Of a stretch of DNA of 64,000 nt, positions 43,755-51,782 are shown piece by piece. This DNA is from a virus (lineage: Duplodnaviria > Caudoviricetes): the IMG/VR virus record IMGVR_UViG_3300011008_000008; one strand, given 5' to 3'. Within the stretch, counting starts at the first letter, position 1, and each line of letters begins with the position of its first letter. A program made the position numbers and the translations under genes. The notes below the pieces were generated by a model. The model was not told the origin of the DNA. It saw nothing but the letters and a program-made list of their open reading frames with translations, and did not search any database.

Positions 43755-44120
43755 TTAGTCCTCGTCGCTGTATTCGATATCCACAAGATCAAATTCCTGC
43801 GTAGTCATTTTGTACAGAACAGACTCTTGATTGAAACGTTCACGAAATGCGCGGATCATGGGAATAATTTCCCGGCGCTCAACACCTGCAATCTCAATTC
43901 TTATTGACGGTTCCTTAACTACCGTACCGTCTTCGTGGCGGTAGATTCCGAAAACGCCTTCAGTGAACAGGGTAGCACAAAAGCCACGGTTACAAATCTC
44001 ATCTTCGATAATTCGCAGGTAATCGGCTTTTGTGATTTCCTGCTTTTTCGTCTCTTGATCAAACATCCCTATTGTGATGATGTGCTCATTGTAGATTTTC
44101 ATGGTGTGTGCTCCTCTCAT
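43755..44120 (-). CDS. Putative SAM lyase-like / DUF3574-like protein
   Basis: GIYRHEDGTVVKEPSI and FNQESVLYK resemble T3 SAMase GCYRE...EEKTV / EQDCVLVYK. Confidence 0.5.
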   Translation of the reverse strand: MRGAHTMKIYNEHIITIGMFDQETKKQEITKADYLRIIEDEICNRGFCATLFTEGVFGIYRHEDGTVVKEPSIRIEIAGVERREIIPMIRAFRERFNQESVLYKMTTQEFDLVDIEYSDED

Positions 44121-44492
44121 TTCGTCGTCGTTACTATGTCCTCTTGACAGTTACTATTATACAGCATGTGATAGGGTTTGTCAATACTTTTTTGCATTAT
44201 TTTATAAATTATTTTTTGCCGGGTTTGAATGCAGAATCACCAGCAACAGAACAGCCATAACAGCGAATTGATGTTTTTAAATATCACGATTTTTTGAAAC
44301 CATAGAACAGAAAAGCGCATATTTAAAAATGCCACTTTGCAAACAGTCGTTTTTAAATATACGGATTTGTTGCGCATGCCCAAACAGAAAACCGGCGTTT
44401 TTGAAAATTAGGATTATTTGCGCGGGCGATCCTGTCATTTTTCAAAACGCAAAAAAAGACAGGGTTTTCACCCTGCCTGTTATCGGTTTGGA

Positions 44493-45332
44493 TTAGAGCA
44501 TATCCGCGTACTTGTGAAACTGCACAACAATCTTTTTCGCGGCAACGCTGGCCTTGTGCTTGCGGTATTCGGTAGCATTGCTATAACGCTTAGTGTCGAA
44601 GTCGTTGTCATTGAAATGGGCGACGAAGTTATTAACAACAGCTTCAGCAGCAGCCCGGCAGAATTTCACAGCGGCCATGTACTGTTTAGCGTTCTCAAAC
44701 TTGACGATCCGGAACTCCAGGGTGTTATCATGCTGGGTGTTGATAAAGTTGGTGTGCTCAGTCGGGGAAACGTTGTTGTTAATAGGCCGCGCCCAATGTC
44801 CGAAATCGCGCCCGAACAGCTTCCGAACCTTTTCCGGGTTAGCTTGCATTTCATCCGACAGGGCGACAAACAGAGAATGATAGAATCGGCGAATATATCC
44901 CATGGTGACGGCGTTGATCATGGTACGGTGTCCGACGTGGGTATGAGTCCCGCAATCGTCGTTGATCTCCAGCTCACCAGCCTGCATCAGGCGTTCAATG
45001 GTGACGGACTGCTTAGAAATAGCGTTCAAGCCCTTGAAAATGGGGGACTTGTACTCAACATCGACGGTGCAATCAGAGGTAGGAATGTAACCATTCAGCA
45101 GGATCTCAGCGCGGGACTTCGGCGTGCTATAGGACGTTTCAAGCTCGATCCCGAAGGTCCAAGGGTTAACCTTATCAGTGCCGAAGGTAGAGTCATTCTC
45201 ATGGCTATAACCATACAGCCGGTTAGCATGAAACGCGCACATATAAGCGGAGCGACCACCGCGCCTATAGGCGTCAACCTTGACAGTGCCAATGTCGGAG
45301 CACTCGGAGCAGCAGCAAATGGGAGTAGACAT
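44493..45332 (-). CDS. Amidoligase (COOH-NH2 ligase) family protein
   Basis: TFGIELET, SDCT..VEYKSP, CGTHTHVG, TLEFR. Confidence 0.85.
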   Translation of the reverse strand: MSTPICCCSECSDIGTVKVDAYRRGGRSAYMCAFHANRLYGYSHENDSTFGTDKVNPWTFGIELETSYSTPKSRAEILLNGYIPTSDCTVDVEYKSPIFKGLNAISKQSVTIERLMQAGELEINDDCGTHTHVGHRTMINAVTMGYIRRFYHSLFVALSDEMQANPEKVRKLFGRDFGHWARPINNNVSPTEHTNFINTQHDNTLEFRIVKFENAKQYMAAVKFCRAAAEAVVNNFVAHFNDNDFDTKRYSNATEYRKHKASVAAKKIVVQFHKYADML

Positions 45333-46160
45333 TAAGAAAACCTCACTTTCAAAATCGTTACTGTGTCGGCAACATTGTTACCCGGTCGATGGCAATAATA
45401 TACCACGGTCAAATGGGTTTGTCAATACTTTTTTGCATTATTTTTTAAAATAAATTTTTTGTGGCGTGGCCTTATATAGAAGCAATTGATTTTTAGAAAT
45501 GGGAAAAATGTGGGAAATAGGGGAAATATGAGTATTTATCATGGATTGTGATTGATTTATTAGATTTATTTATAATTGCCTGGTGTACAGTCTCAAATGC
45601 CGAAAAATCAAATTTTGGTTTTTGAAAATGGGATTATTTTGTATTCCAATTTTCGACTCCATCACCGGATGTATTGATACAGTATAGGCCATACACCTAT
45701 ACCAGTTTGAAGTCTATATTTTGATATTATGTAGACTTGACCTAATTTAGAGTGATTTATATAGGGGGATAGGTTTACATTATAGGTTTATATACCAGGT
45801 TAGTAAAAGGAAGAAGGTGTTCCACTTCCCTCTGCTCTCAAAAATTCCCGCCATATCCCCATTTTCAATAAAACAAGTTCACCCAATTTTTCGCCACCAT
45901 AATCCTCTAAATAAGAAGTCTACCGAATGTCGTTTTTAAAAATCGCAAAAAGCTCTAAATTCGCTGATTCTTACATCTGCCCGAATAATTCATTTTTGAA
46001 ATTTACCTCCCGAAAAATTCCTCTAAACAAGAGTGTTTTTTAAATCCGGATTCGATCTACCGAAAATTGCAAAACGACGATTAAATTGTCGCAAGAATTT
46101 TTCGGAAATCTATTCCTCTAAATTACAGTGTTTTGATTGAGAAAAATGACAATAAAACAA

Positions 46161-46204
46161 CTTGTCATTAATCCTGAGTCGCCAGACGAGGGATTAATGA
46201 CAAG
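46161..46204. repeat. Perfect 14-bp inverted repeat
   Basis: CTTGTCATTAATCC-16 nt-GGATTAATGACAAG. Confidence 0.85.
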
Positions 46205-46718
46205 CCTTACAAACGTTGAAATAGTAATAATATCTCTAAATTACAAGATTCGTAATTGAACGTGCAATACGCAGATGAATTCATTTTTCATGTGGTTTTG
46301 CCTTCAGACTTCTTGGAATGAATTCAGTTGCGTAATGACATTTAAAATAATACTTATCAGAAAAATACTTTAGTATGAAACAGTATTATTTTAAATGTCA
46401 TTTTAATCATACTGTAGTATATAAATACAGAATTTCATACATCAATCTTTTATCAAAGTATATCTTTATAAATTATATAGATTTTTCTTTATATATTATA
46501 TATAGTCATCTATATATTATAATATACAGAAGTCTTTTATATATTATATATATAATATAATAAGAAAAGAAAAATCTGTCCGGCGTTTCAATTCCCTCCG
46601 GTCATTGAATCACCGCCAATCCGTCATTCCCTTCGGTCATGGCGTCTTGGTATCCATAGCCCAGCTTCATTTTCTTCTTCAGCTTCAAAATAATTTTAAA
46701 GATAATATCAAAAAGTAC

Positions 46719-46747
46719 TTGACTTATTTATTGTGAAGAGTTATAAT
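46719..46747 (+). promoter_or_regulatory. Sigma-A promoter of the RNA polymerase operon
   Basis: TTGACT-17-TATAAT; AAGGAGG RBS downstream. Confidence 0.75.
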
Positions 46748-46804
46748 AACAATAGTATTTAGTATACTCCAGCTTGCTATAAGGAGGTTGATCTTATAAT
46801 AAAC

Positions 46805-47188
46805 ATGGACGAGCATAAATTTGGAAATCTAACATTGCGCAGACCGTCGAAATCATTGACCGACGCTGAATGGCAAATTTACTTTGAAGCCATGCGCGAC
46901 AGCATACAACCGTCAAATGATCGCATTATGCAGAAACCCAGGTTAAACCCTTCGCCAGATGAAGTACATGTGGTCGAATCGCATATTTCGATAATTAACA
47001 GCCAGCTCGGAAACTACTGTGACTTTATCAACAGCATACTAAAAACAATTCGCTCTGGGCACGACGATTATTGCTATTTCATATATCAGGTTGCTGACCT
47101 GCTTCGATATGAACGAGATCGTTTGCGTTCAGAGTATTTGCCAGACGATGGCTGCATAAGGGTTTGGCTTTCAAGATCAAGCGGATAG
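46805..47188 (+). CDS. Hypothetical protein
   Basis: First gene after the strand switch. Confidence 0.6.
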   Translation: MDEHKFGNLTLRRPSKSLTDAEWQIYFEAMRDSIQPSNDRIMQKPRLNPSPDEVHVVESHISIINSQLGNYCDFINSILKTIRSGHDDYCYFIYQVADLLRYERDRLRSEYLPDDGCIRVWLSRSSG

Positions 47189-47207
47189 ATGAACATGAGA
47201 AGGTGGG

Positions 47208-49979
47208 ATGCTATTGGAACTAAAATCATGTCATAAATTGATATACAAGATACATAGCAAACAACTAAAGAAAGCAAAGTGGAATCTAACTTTGGATCTG
47301 AATACTGCGATGCGCGAAAACTCGGAATGTGTCGTTGCCCTTAACAACAGTCAAGCATTGCGGTTCATCGACGAAATCAACGGCGTCGAAAACATCACGA
47401 GCAAAGTTAATCACTTGTATAATCGAATCAAGGCAGAAAAGAAGAAGCAGCGGAGCAAGGAAACCAAAGTCACGATACGACAACTCTATCAGACTTTGTA
47501 TGACCTCCAGTTTCAAAAAGACTATGTTTGCATTATCATGGACAGCAACGCCGACTATGACCGGGCGAACAAAGGATTTACAATCAACGGAGTAAAGTAC
47601 AGGAGATTGCTTGGTACAAACGGCGGAATTAAGAATTCGACGATTGTCTATGTCAGCGAAGCTGTATATGAGCCATTGAAGAAAAGGATGGACAACGGCA
47701 GAGATATGTCTAAGCAGCTTGTGCCCGCCAAGCTCGAAGCGTATCAAGCATTAATTTGTTCAGGGTCAACTCCCCTACCTCCGCCGCGAGGATTCATTGT
47801 GGTTAAAGACTGCATTACGCATTTCAAAGATAATGTGATTATGATAAATGATGAAGCTGATGGCGAACCTGTTCTAACCTACGAGAACAAGTATGAAATA
47901 GAGCATAATGATTCAGACGGCTATGGTCTAATGTCTCCTGCGTATTCAAAGATTGTCAATGGGTTTCTGACCGGCGATGATCAGCATACCATCTCTGGTA
48001 TGAACACCAGGTATGCATGGACTAAGGGTATGGTTTACACGTTTGATTTTGTAGAGTTTGCGGAGAAGATAGCTGGCACATATCTGATCGAGGATGTTTG
48101 GGGTTGCATCCGAGACGTGCGAGACGCCGATGTTATCCTTACAGAATCAATGCTTAAACTCTGGGATAGCTATGATAGCTGGGAGGATTATTATCGCAAC
48201 TGCGAAGAAAACCATTATGAGTTTTCAACACCGAAGATTACTCCGGAGAAATTGGAAAACGTGCGAGACACAAACTACCAGTTCTTGCAGAGCTATGAGT
48301 TTTCTGACGAGGAAATCAAAGAGCTGTGTGAGCCTACGTTCTCAGAGATTAATGACGCTCTTGGACTGGATTATAAAAAGAGCTTGACGTTTATGACCGG
48401 GTATGGCTTAACAGATGAAAGCGCAAGTCTTGAAAAATACAGCGCTCCTATTCAGGCGTTGATGATTGAACCAGGATTAATCAATGATTCATTCATTCGC
48501 CGGAAGATTTGGAGCATGATTGAGCGTCGAATAGAGATGGCCAAGCGCGGCGCGATTCGCGTGAACGGCAACTATGCAATGATATCTGGAGATCCATATG
48601 CTTTATGCCAAAGTATGTTTGGTTTGGAAATTACAGGATTGCTTAAAGCTGGCGAAGTTTATCACAAGTATTGGATAGACAAAGGGGCAGATGAAATAGT
48701 ATGTTTTAGAGCGCCAATGACTTGCCACAACAATATTCGTCGGATGATTTTAAACAAGTCTGTTGAAGTGCTGCATTGGTATCAATATATAAAAACGGCT
48801 CTAATCTATAATGCGTTTGATACAGCGTGTGAAGCAATGAACGGTTCTGACAAGGACGGGGATACGAATATGTGTACGGATAATCCAATTTTGATTCGTA
48901 GGACATTAAACTTGCCCACAATTGTCTGTGTGCAGCGCAAAGCTGAAAAAAAGATTGCATCAGAGGATGACATCATACAGGCTAACAAACTTGCATTTAA
49001 TGATGATATAGGAGTGATAACCAATCATGTAACAAGTATGATTGAGCGTCAGTCTGGTTTTGATATTGGGAGTAAAGAATATGAAACTTTGTCTTATAGA
49101 ATAATGTGCGGTCAGCTATATCAGCAGAATGCTATAGATCGCGCAAAGGGCATTATTGCAAAGCCAATGCCGACATACTGGTACAGCTATAGAGACTGCT
49201 TGCCGAAACCAGAAGATAAACCAGAAGAGCATAAAGCGAAGGAACTTAATATTCGTATTGTAGCTTCTGAAAAACCATACTTCATGAAGTATGTATATCC
49301 ATCATTGAAGTCGAAATATAATTCCTTTATGCAGAATAATAAGTATAAAGCAATCCGTCTATTCTCTGATAAAGGAATTAGGAACCTGGATGATCTCGAA
49401 CAGTATCCAGATAAGACAGATGAAATGCGTGAATTTCTCGAACACTTCCATAGCCATATGGTTGTTGGAGAAAATGATTGTGTGATCAATAGAATTTGTA
49501 AGCTTGCTGAAAACGAGTTCTCAAGTTTTTCAAAACTAAAATCAAGTGATCTATTGTTTGATTATAGCTCTTTGAAATGTGGCGTTGAATATTCTGCGAG
49601 TTTATATAACACAATCCATAGTATATATCATGAATACAAAAGAAGGGTAGAAAAGAAGAAAAATCATCTGAGCAACTTGAAGTCTGAAAAGAATATCGAT
49701 TATGATGATAAGGCACTATTTGTTGAATGGTTTAAAAGGCAATGCGCCGAGGTTTGTACTAACGAATACGAGCTTTGTGATATATTACTTGACATCTGCT
49801 ATCAAACAGAGGGAGATAAATCATTTGTCTGGGAGGTATGCGGTGATACAATAGTAAACAATCTATTATCTAAAAACGAATGGATGTTTAGCTACCCGGT
49901 AGAAACCAATGAGGATTCTGATTTTGTATTCTGCGGTAGAAGTATGTCTTTACATAGAAAGAGAGTCGATCATGATTAG
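47208..49979 (+). CDS. YonO-like single-subunit (RdRP-like double-psi-barrel) RNA polymerase
   Basis: SDGYGLMS, FRAP, and GSDKDGD (DxDGD) motifs; position upstream of HU/terminase as in SPbeta. Confidence 0.85.
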   Translation: MLLELKSCHKLIYKIHSKQLKKAKWNLTLDLNTAMRENSECVVALNNSQALRFIDEINGVENITSKVNHLYNRIKAEKKKQRSKETKVTIRQLYQTLYDLQFQKDYVCIIMDSNADYDRANKGFTINGVKYRRLLGTNGGIKNSTIVYVSEAVYEPLKKRMDNGRDMSKQLVPAKLEAYQALICSGSTPLPPPRGFIVVKDCITHFKDNVIMINDEADGEPVLTYENKYEIEHNDSDGYGLMSPAYSKIVNGFLTGDDQHTISGMNTRYAWTKGMVYTFDFVEFAEKIAGTYLIEDVWGCIRDVRDADVILTESMLKLWDSYDSWEDYYRNCEENHYEFSTPKITPEKLENVRDTNYQFLQSYEFSDEEIKELCEPTFSEINDALGLDYKKSLTFMTGYGLTDESASLEKYSAPIQALMIEPGLINDSFIRRKIWSMIERRIEMAKRGAIRVNGNYAMISGDPYALCQSMFGLEITGLLKAGEVYHKYWIDKGADEIVCFRAPMTCHNNIRRMILNKSVEVLHWYQYIKTALIYNAFDTACEAMNGSDKDGDTNMCTDNPILIRRTLNLPTIVCVQRKAEKKIASEDDIIQANKLAFNDDIGVITNHVTSMIERQSGFDIGSKEYETLSYRIMCGQLYQQNAIDRAKGIIAKPMPTYWYSYRDCLPKPEDKPEEHKAKELNIRIVASEKPYFMKYVYPSLKSKYNSFMQNNKYKAIRLFSDKGIRNLDDLEQYPDKTDEMREFLEHFHSHMVVGENDCVINRICKLAENEFSSFSKLKSSDLLFDYSSLKCGVEYSASLYNTIHSIYHEYKRRVEKKKNHLSNLKSEKNIDYDDKALFVEWFKRQCAEVCTNEYELCDILLDICYQTEGDKSFVWEVCGDTIVNNLLSKNEWMFSYPVETNEDSDFVFCGRSMSLHRKRVDHD

Positions 49980-50865
49980 TCCGATTATTAACGAAAAAGA
50001 TTATGCTGAAAGATTACTTCACGATCTATGCACAGATGATAATCCGTACTATGCTTTATCTATTATTGCACGATACTATTATCATAATGCTGGATATAGG
50101 AAAAAGCGAATAATTACTTTACTGACAAAATACTTGTATAGCCACTATCTTGTTGAGGAATACGACAAGCTTGATTGGAGCGAACGCATTGAGAGGATTT
50201 CAAATAATGCCAGGAAAAATCCTCTCATTGATGTCAGCAGTATTAAGATTACTTCTGCTGAAATGAAAACGGTTGATTCAATCACAGGAGCAGCGTTGAA
50301 GCGTTTGGCATTTACATTGCTATGTTTGGCGAAGCTGAATAATTTAAGAAATAAGAAAAACAACGGATGGCTGAATTATAGTTCTAAAGATGTATTCGCT
50401 TTGGCAAATATATCATGCAGCTCATATGAACGTGAAGTGAAGTTGGGGATTCTATACAGATATGGGTTGTTGGAATTTCCTAAAAGAAATGACAACCTAA
50501 GCTATCGTGTAACCTTCATCGATAATGAATCAGAGCCAGTGATGTTTGTCGATGATATTCGAGTATTAGGGTATCAGTATATGAATTATCATGACGGCGG
50601 TTTTGTTCAGTGCTGTGAGTGCGGAGTTTATATGCGCGATAAAGCTGGAGATAATACGCCAGGGCGAAAAAGATTGTATTGTGATAATTGTGCTGCCCCT
50701 AAGCCGATGGAAACCAAGATAGTCAAGTGCTCCGATTGTGGAATACAGTTTGTTGTGAATAGTAAAAACAATGTCAGCAAGAGATGCCCCTACTGTTCAA
50801 ACGAGCACCGCAAAGAATATTTAAGAAAATATATGAGGGATCGTCGCGGTTCAGAAATTGTGTAA
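49972..50865 (+). CDS. Hypothetical protein with C-terminal Zn ribbons, coupled to the RNAP gene
   Basis: CCECG, CDNC, CSDC, CPYC; ATG overlaps RNAP 3' end. Confidence 0.7.
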   Translation: MISPIINEKDYAERLLHDLCTDDNPYYALSIIARYYYHNAGYRKKRIITLLTKYLYSHYLVEEYDKLDWSERIERISNNARKNPLIDVSSIKITSAEMKTVDSITGAALKRLAFTLLCLAKLNNLRNKKNNGWLNYSSKDVFALANISCSSYEREVKLGILYRYGLLEFPKRNDNLSYRVTFIDNESEPVMFVDDIRVLGYQYMNYHDGGFVQCCECGVYMRDKAGDNTPGRKRLYCDNCAAPKPMETKIVKCSDCGIQFVVNSKNNVSKRCPYCSNEHRKEYLRKYMRDRRGSEIV

Positions 50866-51173
50866 ACATAACAAAATAAAAAATAGGGAAAAATCACCTT
50901 CAATTTTCCCTCTTATTTAGAGTTGTTTTTGAGTCAAAAATAAATTTTGTACGATTCCCTATTATGGAAGGAAAGAACAAACAACCTTCTGTCTCATTTC
51001 TTTTCTTTTTCTCTTTCTTTGTGGCGGTACTGGTATGATGTATCATTGTGCCAGTACTGTATTCATTTTAGAATCCTCTCTTATCATGGACGGCTGTAAG
51101 AATCATCCTTCTAATAGCAAATGCTAAATACTTGGATATACTTTTGATTCTTTGATTTCCGTTCATTTCTTAA

Positions 51174-51250
51174 TGCGGGGTGACGCAGTTGGTTAGCGTT
51201 CCAGCCTCATAAACTGGGTGTCAGGAGTTCGAGTCTCCTCCCCGCAACCA
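51174..51250 (+). tRNA. tRNA-Met(CAT) (CAU decoding class not determined)
   Basis: TGCGGGG/CCCCGCA acceptor, CTCATAA loop, GTTCGAGTC T-arm, CCA. Confidence 0.88.
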
Positions 51251-51316
51251 GATCGTACATAGCATACCTACGGGCGCTATGTCTTTTATCTATGACATTG
51301 CTGTCATAGAATTTTT

Positions 51317-51393
51317 GGTGTCGTAGTTCAATTGGCAAGAATACTGGCCTGTCACGCCAGAGGTTGAGGGTTCGATGCCCTCCGACATCGCCA
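51317..51393 (+). tRNA. tRNA-Asp(GTC)
   Basis: CTGGC-CTGTCAC-GCCAG anticodon arm, TTCGA, CCA. Confidence 0.9.
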
Positions 51394-51426
51394 CGGATTG
51401 GAGTATCCCGGAAAAACTCTTTATAT

Positions 51427-51511
51427 GGGTAAGTCGTATAGTGGCAATTACAGAGGACTGTAAATCCTCCCCTTTCGAGGTTCGTTGGTTCGAGTCCAAC
51501 CTTGCCCACCA
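51427..51511 (+). tRNA. tRNA-Tyr(GTA)
   Basis: GAGGA-CTGTAAA-TCCTC, long variable arm, CCA. Confidence 0.9.
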
Positions 51512-51524
51512 TAAACCTGATTAT

Positions 51525-51602
51525 GGACGCATAGCTAAATTGGTAAAGCACTTGACTGTTAATCAAGAGATTTTTCTTTGGGTTCGAGTCCCAATGCGTC
51601 CT
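51525..51602 (+). tRNA. tRNA-Asn(GTT), no encoded CCA
   Basis: GGACGCA/TGCGTCC acceptor, CTTGA-CTGTTAA-TCAAG arm. Confidence 0.8.
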
Positions 51603-51782
51603 CTCGTGGGATTAATTAAAATTGAAAGAGGTTGTTTACTATTAAGAAGATTACTGTTGAAGAAATGAGATTACTTGAAAAGAACGGTATTATTAGAAAT
51701 ACTCAGTATGGTTATATTGATCGTAATGGAAATGTGACAGGCTATTATAGAACTCGTCATAAGGCATATATCGAAGATAAGT

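Larger units (their letters stand above)
24970..45444 (-). repeat. Dispersed promoter cassettes (copies at about 24970, 28458, 30545, 32310, 33121, 35418, 36787, 40317, 41488, 42388, 43340, 44137, 45397)
   Basis: Plus-strand ATGTCCTCTTGACAGTTA..ATTATA-16/17-TGTCAATA..TTTTTG(T/C)(C/A)TTATTT; the 45397 copy lacks the palindrome. Confidence 0.9.

Noticed and set aside
24970-44202. Repeats read as a CRISPR array
   Set aside because: Copies are kilobases apart, contain -35/-10 boxes and flank genes; no cas genes or regular spacers
46375-46560. 61-aa Tyr/Ile-rich ORF
   Set aside because: Artefact of a low-complexity AT tract
51207-51668. ORFs over 51.2-51.7 kb
   Set aside because: They overlap four clear tRNA genes
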